The notes beneath the pieces were generated by a model that saw nothing but the letters and a program-made list of their open reading frames with translations, was not told where the DNA came from and did not search any database. Below are positions 17,689 through 27,447 of a stretch of DNA of 64,000 bases, piece by piece. A program made the position numbers and the translations under genes. The stretch is from Nitrospira japonica (GTDB lineage: Bacteria; Nitrospirota; Thermodesulfovibrionia; UBA6902): contig DYJL01000008.1 in the NCBI GenBank assembly GCA_020723105.1, forward strand, positions 10,564 through 74,563, read 5' to 3'. Numbering within the stretch: position 1 is the stretch's first letter; every line of letters starts with the position of its first letter.

Positions 17689-20600
17689 TTAAATTACGTA
17701 TCCTCCAATCAGATACTTCTTCATTGCCTCATTTTCATAAGTCGGGCGGTAACCAAGTGAAGCAGGCCTCCAGAGGCCTTTACCCCCGATTCCTCCTTCT
17801 TCTGCCTTTGTGATTTTTACAAAGGCCTCTCTTGGAGCCCCTACAGGACAGTGAATGTCAGGGGCGAAGCCTTTGCCGATCAGTTGCCCAAAGGTCTCTT
17901 TTCTTATCATTGTATCTGTCATTAATGTAGGACCCAGCCAGGCGCGGGTGCAGCTCTGATGACCGCCGTAGCGGAACATGGCCTGATAGTTTGTTTCCCT
18001 GTTTTTTGCAAGTCCGTCAGGATTGCTTTCATGCGCCTTTACTGTGCCGTGGCTGGCCTGATATAAATTGAACCACATAAGCAACACGCCCCGCGGTATG
18101 CCTGCATAATACCTGGCCCGGCACATCATACGGCTTACTTTATAATCTTCATCACCCTTCTTCCATCCTCTGTACGGCCTGTCTTCGGGATCCGCATCTA
18201 TCCAGATATAGTCTCCGTCGTTTATATTCAAATCTCTTGCATCTTTTGGGTTGATATTTACATACGCCTCGCCAACCCAGGGCATTCTCTTGTCGTGCCT
18301 CTTCAGATCCCCGAACGGTCCAAAATATACAGATATGACGTCAATATCAATGGGCGTTGTATGAGCGCCGTGCCTGTATTTTGGGGTGATGAACTGAAAG
18401 GTCATGCCGTCTTTTACCCTGGGATGTCTGGTCTTCTTAAGTTCAGCCCATGTTTTTACAATATTTCTTACCTGCCGAACTTCAACAGAGAGGTCGTCTC
18501 TCTTAAGTCCGTATGTTTCAGGAGATGAGGGCTTAAGATAATCCAGTTGTTTACTCACAATTACATTCGGCTCATAGAAGGTTGCATCAATAGGCTCTCG
18601 ATAAACAGGCAGGTTCTCGCCATGCTCAATGAACTCAGGCTCTTCCCTGTAAAACTCAAGCCTTCCTGTCTTTGTATACCATGGTTTGCTTTCCTGATGC
18701 TGTTCCCACCCTGGAACCTTTGGATAGGTCCTGAAAAGCACAAGCGCAGGTATGCCTTCCTTTGCTTTGTTCTCAAGTTCCTCTATCTTATATCCCCTGA
18801 GAGAGGTGCTTGCATTGATTATTCTCTGTAAGTAAACCTCTACTTTTTTCTCGTAAACGAATTTCCAGTAATCCTCAAATCTCTTTTCTCCTGTAAGCGC
18901 TGCAAGCTGTTTTGCAACGCCCGCCATTGTTTCTATGTCCGCAACGGTATCATGTATTCTTTTAAGCGGGGTCCTTGGATATACGAGCGCAAAGGGATTG
19001 GTAACAGATGCCGTCAAATCCGGATATTTAAATTCGGCCCATGAGTCCACCCCGAACACTATATCAGCATACTCACAGGAAAGCGTCCACCACCATTCAT
19101 TAACTATTACAGTCTCCATTTTCGGGAGCGTATTGTGCATTACATCATAAAACCATTTGGCATTTCCAATCAGGGAATTACTGTTGACGACCCAGAGCAG
19201 TTTCGTAGGTGTTGGTGTATGTGTCCTGCCTGTAAATAATTTATTTCCTACTCTTAAGGGCCTGTCGCCGTAGTTGTAGTAATGGGCTGATTCAAATTTA
19301 AAATACCCCTTTGGCTTTATGGGCTTTGCAGGGTCCATTTCCGGATTAAACGGGTCCTCCATAAGATACTGGGGTGCGCCATTAAATATCGCTATCCTGT
19401 AATTGCCCGCATAACTGCCGGGGCTGCCTCCAAGATTTCCGATATTTCGCGTCATGGCAGATATGAGGTATAAACCTCTGTCTTTCAGAGCGGCGTTAAA
19501 GAACTGGTTGGGCCCCATGCCAACAGCAAAGAGCGTATTACCCTTGTTTTTCGCAATCTGTCTTGCAAGGCTGACAATGGCTTCTTTGGGAGCGCCTGTC
19601 AACTCTGCAGTATTGTCAGGCGTAAACTCCTCCAGATATTCTTTAACAACATCAAAAACCGGTCTCACTTCTATCTCTTTACCGTCAATGGTGCGGACCA
19701 TAAACCTTCCTTCGAGGGCGATGTCTTTCTTCAAATCGCTGAAGTGCTTGCCGACCTGGTCCCTTGAAATAACTGTCGGGGCCTTCTCGTTTTTATCCCA
19801 CATGACAAAATCGCCCCAGTCATTTCTCAATGCTTCGGGCAGATATTGTTCCTTGTGCTGAGGCATTGGCGGAGGGGTCTCTCCCTGCTGCAATACCTTC
19901 ACATAATTGCTCAACTGCACAGGCTTATAGTCAGGTATAATATCGGATGCCTTGAGATATTGAAGGTTGTCAGTTCTCAGGAGCACAGGCAAGTCAGTAA
20001 AGGCTTTCAGATAATCCGGATCATAAAGATTTTCCTTTATGAGAATATGCGCAATGCCCAGAGCCAGCGCCTGATCTGTGCCGGGCCTTATGATGATTAC
20101 TTCGTCAGCTTTGTTAGCAGTGGATTGATATTCAATAGTTATGTCTATAACCTTTATCCCTCTTAGCCGGGCCTCTGTAAGCCAGTGGCTGTCGGGCATC
20201 TTTGTGCTTATCCAGTTCATACCCCAGATGGTAATAAGGTTTGCATTCTCAGTGGCATGAAGCTCAAAGTCTATGGTCTGCTGTCCCGTGACCATCGGAT
20301 GTCCTGGCGGCAAGTCAGTATGCCAGCTATAGTTATCCCAGTACCTGCCGCCAACGGCCTTGTCAGGACCGGCTTTTCTTATATTTTCATCGAGAAGGGC
20401 AAGCATATTTGAGAAACGGCCCATGCCCGCAACCCTTGTTATTCCGAGAAAATGCATGCCTCCCCTGTGTTTGAGAGTCAGGGTGCCGACTCCTTTCATC
20501 CAGTCAATCATTGATTGATCGTAACCCTGAGCCTTAAGATATGCAGCTCCCTTTTCACCGGTATAAGTCCGTGCAATATTTATATACGCCTTTGCTGCAA

Positions 20601-21132
20601 GTCCGTATGCCTCTTCGTATGGCAGTTTAAGCCACTTGTCTTTTCCTCTCTGGAAAAATTTCACATGCGGTTTCCCTGTCTCAGGGTCCCTCGGGAAGCC
20701 CTCCTTAGCCCAGTCGTAAAAACCCTTTCTCACCATGGCGCCCTTGACCCTTCTGTCTCCATAAAATTTCCTTGCAAGTGCCAGTCCCTTCTGGCAGCAC
20801 CTCGGCTCCCATCTGTGAGTCGGCATATTTCCGTAAGGATCTACAGTTTTTCCATATCCATAAGTAGGCATGATTCTCATAATGACGCCATTCTTTACAT
20901 AAGCCCGTAAAAGACAATTATGTGTGTCATTCGGGGCGCAGGTAAAGACAAAGGTATCATCATATTTGAATTTATCCCGGTATAGTTTTTCCCACTCCCG
21001 ATCCGGATATTCTCCCATCGGATTGTCAATACTCACGGGCTGAAGGAATGCAAGCCTTGGAGAGTTTACTGCCAAACCTGCTGCGCCTGCCAGAGACCAT
21101 TTTAAAAAATCCCTCCTGCTGAAGCTTTTCAT
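17689..21132 (-). CDS. Molybdopterin alpha subunit, type II DMSO reductase family (NarG/NxrA-like), TAT-exported
   Basis: 1147 aa. Twin-arginine signal [17 protein letters not shown] is present. An N-terminal Cys/His cluster ([11 protein letters not shown]...CC) fits an FS0-type site. Size and architecture match NarG/NxrA/EbdA-type enzymes. It is followed by the NarH-like beta subunit. Confidence 0.85.
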   Translation of the reverse strand: MKSFSRRDFLKWSLAGAAGLAVNSPRLAFLQPVSIDNPMGEYPDREWEKLYRDKFKYDDTFVFTCAPNDTHNCLLRAYVKNGVIMRIMPTYGYGKTVDPYGNMPTHRWEPRCCQKGLALARKFYGDRRVKGAMVRKGFYDWAKEGFPRDPETGKPHVKFFQRGKDKWLKLPYEEAYGLAAKAYINIARTYTGEKGAAYLKAQGYDQSMIDWMKGVGTLTLKHRGGMHFLGITRVAGMGRFSNMLALLDENIRKAGPDKAVGGRYWDNYSWHTDLPPGHPMVTGQQTIDFELHATENANLITIWGMNWISTKMPDSHWLTEARLRGIKVIDITIEYQSTANKADEVIIIRPGTDQALALGIAHILIKENLYDPDYLKAFTDLPVLLRTDNLQYLKASDIIPDYKPVQLSNYVKVLQQGETPPPMPQHKEQYLPEALRNDWGDFVMWDKNEKAPTVISRDQVGKHFSDLKKDIALEGRFMVRTIDGKEIEVRPVFDVVKEYLEEFTPDNTAELTGAPKEAIVSLARQIAKNKGNTLFAVGMGPNQFFNAALKDRGLYLISAMTRNIGNLGGSPGSYAGNYRIAIFNGAPQYLMEDPFNPEMDPAKPIKPKGYFKFESAHYYNYGDRPLRVGNKLFTGRTHTPTPTKLLWVVNSNSLIGNAKWFYDVMHNTLPKMETVIVNEWWWTLSCEYADIVFGVDSWAEFKYPDLTASVTNPFALVYPRTPLKRIHDTVADIETMAGVAKQLAALTGEKRFEDYWKFVYEKKVEVYLQRIINASTSLRGYKIEELENKAKEGIPALVLFRTYPKVPGWEQHQESKPWYTKTGRLEFYREEPEFIEHGENLPVYREPIDATFYEPNVIVSKQLDYLKPSSPETYGLKRDDLSVEVRQVRNIVKTWAELKKTRHPRVKDGMTFQFITPKYRHGAHTTPIDIDVISVYFGPFGDLKRHDKRMPWVGEAYVNINPKDARDLNINDGDYIWIDADPEDRPYRGWKKGDEDYKVSRMMCRARYYAGIPRGVLLMWFNLYQASHGTVKAHESNPDGLAKNRETNYQAMFRYGGHQSCTRAWLGPTLMTDTMIRKETFGQLIGKGFAPDIHCPVGAPREAFVKITKAEEGGIGGKGLWRPASLGYRPTYENEAMKKYLIGGYVI

Positions 21133-21833
21133 GCGTTAGCCTCCCCTAAACAAAATTGATTTTCTTCTTCTACTTCTTCGATCTTGAAACCAGCCACTTT
21201 TTGCGGCGAAACAGACAGGTATTTACATTCAGCATCAAGCCACTCAATCAGAAACAGGGCGATAGTATGATAAAAGGAGCTTCCATGAAAACTCAGCGCC
21301 TCTGCAAATACGTTTACCCATCTGCCGAGATGGTCCTCTAAAAATTTCTTTTCCGCAGAGATGCAAAGCGCTGCATTTTCATTTTCACTTTTCAGCAGCG
21401 CCTCAGCCTCTTTCATTGTCACGAGATGCATAAACTCAAGTTCTGTTGCAATCTGGTCCGGCCTGTCTTTTATAAAATCCATTCCCCACGCCCTGTAGAA
21501 TCCGGCGATATCAGCCATTTCACCAGTTGAAAATACAGAGGCTGCAGCCCTGTAGTATTCAGTCTCATAAGGAGGACAATTGCTTTTAAGTGTTAAAAAT
21601 CTCACATGCTCATCCACGGCCTGATCTACATTGAAAGCCTGCAGCTTCCTCAGATTTACGACAGGCCCTGCGAGTTCCGTTTCAAGAGGGTATCGTTTCA
21701 GCGCACTCTCTATTTCATTAAAAAATGTCTTGCTCTTCAGGAAATCTGCAAGTTCTTCATCAGGATAAAAAAAACAGTAACTGAGGAGCCGGTACATCTT
21801 TGATCTGTTAAAAGCTGTTTCAGCGTTATTCAT
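21129..21833 (-). CDS. TorD/NarJ/DmsD-family redox enzyme maturation chaperone
   Basis: A 234-aa acidic helical protein lies immediately upstream of the alpha subunit and overlaps it by 4 nt. YETEYYRAA / GFYRAWG-type motifs fit the TorD-like family. Confidence 0.6.
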   Translation of the reverse strand: MNNAETAFNRSKMYRLLSYCFFYPDEELADFLKSKTFFNEIESALKRYPLETELAGPVVNLRKLQAFNVDQAVDEHVRFLTLKSNCPPYETEYYRAAASVFSTGEMADIAGFYRAWGMDFIKDRPDQIATELEFMHLVTMKEAEALLKSENENAALCISAEKKFLEDHLGRWVNVFAEALSFHGSSFYHTIALFLIEWLDAECKYLSVSPQKVAGFKIEEVEEENQFCLGEANA

Positions 21834-21885
21834 TTAAACCTTCCCTTTCTTAGCAGTTTTTCTACTCCTTACCCTACACCCTGTC
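21834..21885 (-). promoter_or_regulatory. G-rich TAGGG-type tract upstream of chaperone/nxr-like operon start
   Basis: The minus strand reads CGAGGACGTGGGAGTAAGACAGGGTGTAGGGTAAGGAGTAGAAAAACTGCTAAGAAAGGGAAGG. Confidence 0.35.
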
Positions 21886-22614
21886 TTACTCCCACGTCCT
21901 CGGCTTTACACCGGCCTTGTGATATGTATACATGATTACCTTCCACATCTCATCATCTTCCAGTTCCTCGCCCCAGCCCGGCATTGCACTGTTGAACTGC
22001 TTGTCAAATATGCCGCCGTCCCTAACCCTCCAATACACATATGCAAGCGGAAGCTGAGCGATAGTCCCGGGTTCTTTGAAATTGGTTGGCGCAGCAGGAT
22101 ATCTTATGGCATGCGCAACAGGCCCTTTGCCATCAGCCTCTTTCCCATGACAGGGGAGGCAGTTATCTTCATATATAATTCTGCCTTCCTCAATAAGTTT
22201 TGCATCCCATTTGTCAGGGGCTGCAGCCCATTCAGGGACTTTTAAATCTACAACCCATTGAGGAGGTGTTACGTGAGGCTGAAAGAGTTCGCCGGGAGGC
22301 GAGTATGTAACCTTTTCCTTTGAATAGACATTGTATGCAATAAAAACCGGTAGAAGCACCAAGACAGCTACTCTAAGAGTACTCCATATAATGGGAAGTG
22401 AAGACCTGAAAGAGATGAAATCAAGAAATTCCTCAATCCTCTGGTCCTCCAGAGTTATATGGATAATCACCCCAGCTATAACAAACATCATAAAAAAATT
22501 TGTGAGAGTTGAAGGCAGCGGCGGCTCTGCAACAAACCTCATAAGCACATAAGAACCGATGACTATTAATACAGCAAGTACAGCAGAAGGTATGCCTTTG
22601 TTATGATCGCTCAT
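21886..22614 (-). CDS. Membrane-anchored monohaem c-type cytochrome
   Basis: Two N-terminal TM helices precede a single CxxCH motif (CLPCHG). Confidence 0.6.
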   Translation of the reverse strand: MSDHNKGIPSAVLAVLIVIGSYVLMRFVAEPPLPSTLTNFFMMFVIAGVIIHITLEDQRIEEFLDFISFRSSLPIIWSTLRVAVLVLLPVFIAYNVYSKEKVTYSPPGELFQPHVTPPQWVVDLKVPEWAAAPDKWDAKLIEEGRIIYEDNCLPCHGKEADGKGPVAHAIRYPAAPTNFKEPGTIAQLPLAYVYWRVRDGGIFDKQFNSAMPGWGEELEDDEMWKVIMYTYHKAGVKPRTWE

Positions 22615-23036
22615 TCTAATCCTCCACTTTTTATATCCCCTATCTTCACCTTTGGTCTTCCACCAAGGCTTTGCATATACGCAACAACAGCCGTTATCTC
22701 TGCATCGTTGAGATATGCAGGCGCTTTATTTGCTGCAGGCATAACATCGGTGCCGTTATAAAGTATTGCTGCCATTATCTCTGCATCCCTTTCAGCGCCT
22801 ATCCTGGAGAGGTCAGGCCCTCTCAATGTTTCACCTCTGACACTATGACAAACGCCGCAGCCGGCTCGTTTAAAGATATCCCTCCCTGCCTCTGCCAGCT
22901 CTGCTGGTTTCATATCAGGAGTCAGGACTTTTTTCTGAGGGGCTTCCCACGCAGACTGTGGAATGGAATTGCCAAACCAGGCGTAGAGTCCTGTAACTAT
23001 CAGGGCCACAATTATCAGTTTCGTACCTCCACTCAT
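22611..23036 (-). CDS. Membrane-anchored monohaem c-type cytochrome
   Basis: An N-terminal TM (LIIVALIVTGLYAWF) precedes a single CxxCH motif (CGVCHS) with a distal Met-rich region. It overlaps both neighbours by 4 nt. Confidence 0.65.
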   Translation of the reverse strand: MSGGTKLIIVALIVTGLYAWFGNSIPQSAWEAPQKKVLTPDMKPAELAEAGRDIFKRAGCGVCHSVRGETLRGPDLSRIGAERDAEIMAAILYNGTDVMPAANKAPAYLNDAEITAVVAYMQSLGGRPKVKIGDIKSGGLE

Positions 23037-24724
23037 CTTGCACCTCCCTTTTCCGCTCCTGTAAATCTGAATACCAGGCCTATGAGAAAAAGAAATAACA
23101 GAGTTATCCCTGATATGACCAGAGTTGCATTACCCAGGGCCGGAAGCCCTGCATATTTTGACGTATCTTCAAGGACCCCGTAGACATGCCAGTTGAGCCT
23201 TGCTGCTGCACGGCCATATCCAAGAAGGGCCATGGCCCAGACATTAGATACCGCAACTGCAATCAGGGCATATTGAGACCTCGGAGGCATATGTCCCCAC
23301 CGTATCTCGCCAGTCCTCGGAGCGTTTTTTAACAGCAGGCCGTCAAGGAGATATATTAAGCCGATAGCAGGCACCATAAATATGAAGGTGTAGATAGACA
23401 GCCTTATTCTCGTTGTAGAAGGAACCGTGTAACTGTAATAAAGCACCACAAGGTTTACTGCAATGATAAGCAGGATAATAAGCCACTGGATAAATGAATA
23501 AGCCTTTCGGCCTTCGGGAATAATCCGGCCGGCCCGCCTGTTAAGCAGAAATGTAAGGATTACACCAAGGATTGCGATATTTACCGCAGCGATTTTTGGC
23601 GCCATTATGCCAACGGTGCCGAATATCGGATGGGTCCCTCCTGCCATGTCTTCAAGAGAAGCAACCCAGGCTCTTGGGGTAGCCCATACTGCAAAGGCAA
23701 TAATCAGTCCCCAGCTAAGATAGGGAATATATTTTTTATATTTTTCCGAACCGGGGATTCTCTCAAGCCCGAGCCAGAGGTAATAACATATTCCAATAAA
23801 TACTACTGCAATAACTATGGCCTGAAGCAGCCATATCTTGGAAAGCGCCCCGCCCATGAAGGTGATACCCATCTGTGCATTAAACCTGTAAATCTCCATT
23901 CCGAAATAGTATCCGGCAAAGGGAAGGAATATCATTGTGACCACGCCGACAAAGGTGCCGGTATATCCCATCCAGTCATAGTGGGCCTTTTCATTATCTG
24001 TTTCTGCGGAGAGATATTTATATGCAGCATAGGCCGCGCATATGAAACCGCCAAAGGAAACATTGGCAATAAACCTGTGTATGTTTATGGGCCAGAAGGT
24101 CAGATTGAATATCGCATCTTTAAGGCTTACAAACTTGCCTGCGGAATCAACGCCTGCAGGGCTCAGGTGAAAGGACCCCCACATGTTAGCTGTTATCATC
24201 ACAAGGGTTCCAAGTATATTCAGGACCAAACCAAGCAGTATGTGCTGCATCTTTTTTTCGCACTGAAGCTTATCCCATGTAGTCCAGTAAATATAGACTG
24301 CTGTAGACTCGAGAAACACAAGCGCTGCAAAGAGAGCATATGTTGGTTTGAAGGCGACTGTCATGTAATTCATAAATTTCGGGAACAGCGTGCAGCTTAC
24401 AAGAGTGAACAGACCGCCCAGAATAGCTGTAATGGAATAAGAAGGCGGAAGGAGCCTCGCAAAATCCTTTGCAAGCTTATCGAGCTTTTCGTCTTTTTTA
24501 ACATAACCTGCAATTTCAATTATCATGACAAAGACAGGCACAGCCAGTATAAAGGCAGCAAAAAGAAGCATGGTCTGTGCCACAATCCATACTGCATTTC
24601 TGGCGCCGATTACGGGGAATTCTTTGTAGTCAACACCTGCCTGGCCTCCAATATATATACCTGCTGCTGCTATGGCCAAACCAGCCAAGAGAATAAACTG
24701 CTTTTTAATCCAGCCTCCCATCAA
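23033..24724 (-). CDS. Polytopic integral membrane protein (about 13-14 TM), possible cytochrome bd-like/quinol-interacting subunit
   Basis: 563 aa with many hydrophobic helices. It is co-operonic with the cytochromes c and the Nxr-like enzyme. It lacks canonical CydA N-terminal His and Q-loop motifs, so the assignment rests on context only. Confidence 0.4.
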   Translation of the reverse strand: MMGGWIKKQFILLAGLAIAAAGIYIGGQAGVDYKEFPVIGARNAVWIVAQTMLLFAAFILAVPVFVMIIEIAGYVKKDEKLDKLAKDFARLLPPSYSITAILGGLFTLVSCTLFPKFMNYMTVAFKPTYALFAALVFLESTAVYIYWTTWDKLQCEKKMQHILLGLVLNILGTLVMITANMWGSFHLSPAGVDSAGKFVSLKDAIFNLTFWPINIHRFIANVSFGGFICAAYAAYKYLSAETDNEKAHYDWMGYTGTFVGVVTMIFLPFAGYYFGMEIYRFNAQMGITFMGGALSKIWLLQAIVIAVVFIGICYYLWLGLERIPGSEKYKKYIPYLSWGLIIAFAVWATPRAWVASLEDMAGGTHPIFGTVGIMAPKIAAVNIAILGVILTFLLNRRAGRIIPEGRKAYSFIQWLIILLIIAVNLVVLYYSYTVPSTTRIRLSIYTFIFMVPAIGLIYLLDGLLLKNAPRTGEIRWGHMPPRSQYALIAVAVSNVWAMALLGYGRAAARLNWHVYGVLEDTSKYAGLPALGNATLVISGITLLFLFLIGLVFRFTGAEKGGAR

Positions 24725-24761
24725 TTCCTCCTTTTAACAGGCTGCTGAAAAAGTCTGTTAG

Positions 24762-25982
24762 CTATACGCTTTTCTTATTTCCATGTACTCCCAAAGACCC
24801 CTTCAGCTCACCAATCAGTTCAGATGTTATGATTTTGATTCCTCTTTCCTTTGCCTTTGCTTCAATCATTTTTACAATCATGCCTTTCATGAATACCGGA
24901 ATATTTCGCACCCTGTTTTTTGCAGATTCATCCCATTCAAGCTCTGACTGTAACTCAATGTTCAGGCCTACTTTTTCTTTTCCAGAGGGGCTATAAGTGC
25001 ATAACGAATCCTCTCCCATGAAATCACCGGTATCTGAAAGCGCCCTGGCCCTGCAGCCTCCGCATATCTCTGTATATTCACAGATACCGCATCTGCCGTT
25101 ATACATTTCCTGTCTTAACTGCTGCAAAGACGACCCATTTTCCCAAATACTCACTAAAGACCTTTCTTTTATATTTCCCACGACTGCCGGCATATAGGGA
25201 CAGGGAGTTATATTCCCTTCAGGAGTTATCCTCATGTAATGCCTTCCGGCAAGACATCCCCGCGTGCCTTCTGGAATATTGAAATCTTCTTCATAAAGCA
25301 GTCTGTATATATGCGGCGCGCACCTGGCTCTGACCATTACTCTCTTTTCTGAGCGTGACAATTCCACAATTTTTTTCAAGGCTGCTTCATAGTTATAACC
25401 GGATATATTTGTTTTCATAGCCCGGCCCGTGCAGACCAAAAAAAAGAAATTTACTGCCTTGACCGACAAGGCCACGCCTGCCTCTATAACATCTTTAATC
25501 TCATGTACGTTTTCATCAGTCAGGGTCACATCCACCTGTGTTTCAAGGCCCAGTTCTTTTGCGTTTCTGAGCGCACTGACAGACAGCTCCCAGGCGCCGT
25601 CAAGTCCGCGAAATGCATCATGGTATTTGCTGGTTGCAGAATCAATACTTATCCCGACACCTTTTAATCCTGCCTTCTTTAAGGTCTTTAAATTTTTGTA
25701 TGTAAGAAGTGTGCCATTAGACCCCAGGACCGTAATAAAACCTGCTTTTGAAGAATAACCGATGATGTCAACAAGGTCTTTTCTCAGCATTGGTTCCCCT
25801 CCGCTCAGAATAAGCATAAGGCGATTGTTCAGATAAGAGAGTTCGTCTATAACAAATTTTGCCTCTTTTCCTGTAAGTTCAGCCGAAGCCTCTGAGTCAG
25901 CACTGAGATAACAATGAGGGCAGGAAAGGTTGCACCTTTTTGTTATATTCCATGAAACTAAATAAGGCCTGTAATCTTCCAT
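24762..25982 (-). CDS. Radical SAM/SPASM-domain protein with C-terminal PCP_red-like domain
   Basis: The CNLSCPHC radical-SAM motif is present. A downstream Cys cluster (CGICEYTEICGGC) fits SPASM. The C-terminal segment IPVFMKGMIVKMIEAKAKERGIKIITSELI resembles the PCP_red (protochlorophyllide reductase 57 kD) domain. It may be NirJ/AhbCD-like. Confidence 0.75.
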   Translation of the reverse strand: MEDYRPYLVSWNITKRCNLSCPHCYLSADSEASAELTGKEAKFVIDELSYLNNRLMLILSGGEPMLRKDLVDIIGYSSKAGFITVLGSNGTLLTYKNLKTLKKAGLKGVGISIDSATSKYHDAFRGLDGAWELSVSALRNAKELGLETQVDVTLTDENVHEIKDVIEAGVALSVKAVNFFFLVCTGRAMKTNISGYNYEAALKKIVELSRSEKRVMVRARCAPHIYRLLYEEDFNIPEGTRGCLAGRHYMRITPEGNITPCPYMPAVVGNIKERSLVSIWENGSSLQQLRQEMYNGRCGICEYTEICGGCRARALSDTGDFMGEDSLCTYSPSGKEKVGLNIELQSELEWDESAKNRVRNIPVFMKGMIVKMIEAKAKERGIKIITSELIGELKGSLGVHGNKKSV

Positions 25983-26015
25983 CTACCCCTACCCCCTATT
26001 CCCTATGCCCTGTTT
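25983..26015 (-). promoter_or_regulatory. G-rich TAGGG-type tract abutting radical SAM start codon
   Basis: The minus strand reads GTGAAAACAGGGCATAGGGAATAGGGGGTAGGGGTAG-ATG. Confidence 0.35.
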
Positions 26016-27092
26016 TCACAGTTTCCATCCTTTATACTCTTCATGGCTTGCAACATAGACACTGCAGGGAGCAAACCTCACAACGTTTTCTGCAGTGGAA
26101 CCGATATCCATCCCTTCAGTAAAGTGCCTGCCGGTTCTTCCGACAAATATCATGTCTGCGTCTATATCAGAGGCATAATCGCATATCTTTTTGTAAATGT
26201 GACCTTCAAGTACCCGCTTTGTCCGTGGTGAAGAATCAGTCTCGCCAGCAAGCCCCCATCCATTTGTAAGCACAGGATTCACCGTCACAGCACCAAAGAC
26301 CTCCTGCTCTGCCTTATCAAGTATCATATGGCCTACACGTGCAAGCCCTTTATCAATGAATTCATCGTGGATATTCTCCTGCTGTTTCGAATTAAAAGAA
26401 AAGCCTTCCCTGTTGATCAGCGATTCTTTCAATCTCATAAATAGATTCTTGTGCAGTTCTGAATCAAAGCCATAAACAAGATGTATCTGAGCTTCAAATT
26501 TATTGGCTAACAGACGAGCCATTTTCAAGGCGCTGATTGCAGAAGAACTACCGTCCAGACAGACCACGAATTTGGGCTGCTTCAAGGCAACAGGCTTCTT
26601 GAAAATCAGGAAGTTTCTGTCATTACTTCTTAATACCCTTATGCATACGCTCCCTATAAAGCCCTTGCCGTTTCCGTTAAAACCCGAGGACCCAATCAGG
26701 ACCAGATCGCCGCCTTCTTCCTGCAGGATTGAATTGATTGTATTGAAGTTTTTTCCTTCTTTGACTCTGGACCTGTAGCAGATTTCAGCGGCTGAGAAAG
26801 AGTCTTCAACTGGTTTAAGATATGACAGCGATATTTTTTCCATCCCGACATTTATAAGCGTGCTGTGCACATCTCTCTGTTTCTGCAGAATCTCTTCTTT
26901 TTGATAGGCTGCCGGAAGAGTGGGCTCCATAATCCTGAAAGCGCCCTCATGCATGAAGGCGTTGTATGCATGTACCCCGACAACCTCAGAGCCGAAGGCA
27001 CCGGCTAATACAAGCGCTGTTTCAGAGGCCTGAATAGACAGATCGCTATTATCAAAACATAGGATGATCTTTCTAATTGCTTTGTTCATCAT
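26016..27092 (-). CDS. Tandem universal stress protein (2x UspA domain)
   Basis: Two USP-like halves are visible (VVGVHAY...LVLIGSSG and IHLVYGF...MIFVGRTGRHF...GSTAENVVRFAPCSVYV). The start is uncertain: M27, M32 or M33 of the longer ORF are all possible. Confidence 0.7.
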   Translation of the reverse strand: MMNKAIRKIILCFDNSDLSIQASETALVLAGAFGSEVVGVHAYNAFMHEGAFRIMEPTLPAAYQKEEILQKQRDVHSTLINVGMEKISLSYLKPVEDSFSAAEICYRSRVKEGKNFNTINSILQEEGGDLVLIGSSGFNGNGKGFIGSVCIRVLRSNDRNFLIFKKPVALKQPKFVVCLDGSSSAISALKMARLLANKFEAQIHLVYGFDSELHKNLFMRLKESLINREGFSFNSKQQENIHDEFIDKGLARVGHMILDKAEQEVFGAVTVNPVLTNGWGLAGETDSSPRTKRVLEGHIYKKICDYASDIDADMIFVGRTGRHFTEGMDIGSTAENVVRFAPCSVYVASHEEYKGWKL

Positions 27093-27148
27093 AACCTCGT
27101 TATACATGTTGCTTGTAATCCATAAAATTACTCTGTTCCAATATTTAC

Positions 27149-27310
27149 AGACATGGAAGGCTGTCTCAGAATTTCTATACGACACCTTTGAAAAGGGATT
27201 AGGGGATAGGGAGTAGGGGGTAGAAGAAAAGAAATAAGAAAAACAGCTTGAGGCAAAAATGTAATATGCCTTTTGTCGTTTATAGAAATTCTGAGACAGT
27301 CTTCCATGTC
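27149..27310. repeat. Family B palindromic element (162 bp) with 35-bp inverted arms and G-rich core
   Basis: The arms are GACATGGAAGGCTGTCTCAGAATTTCTATACGACA ... TGTCGTTTATAGAAATTCTGAGACAGTCTTCCATGTC. The core contains AGGGATTAGGGGATAGGGAGTAGGGGGTAG. Confidence 0.65.
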
Positions 27311-27447
27311 AGAAAAAGATCTTAAATATCTTTTAAGATGTTTGATTAATAACATAAATATTACCCCTGAGAAAGTATGGCTCAGAAGCAATGAATTTAT
27401 AATTGCCTGAGCTTTTGATGAAATGATAATTTAAAAAAGAGTGGAAG

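Noticed and set aside
17689-21132. Multiple 60-135-aa plus-strand ORFs inside the alpha subunit (for example 18295-18528, 19454-19861, 20515-20910)
   Set aside because: They are antisense, embedded in a long, clearly homologous molybdopterin oxidoreductase CDS.
27093-27447. Fnr/Crp box (TTGAT-N4-ATCAA) in the Crp-USP intergenic region
   Set aside because: Only half-site matches are present (TTGATTAATAACAT, TTGATGAAATGATA). I found no convincing palindrome.
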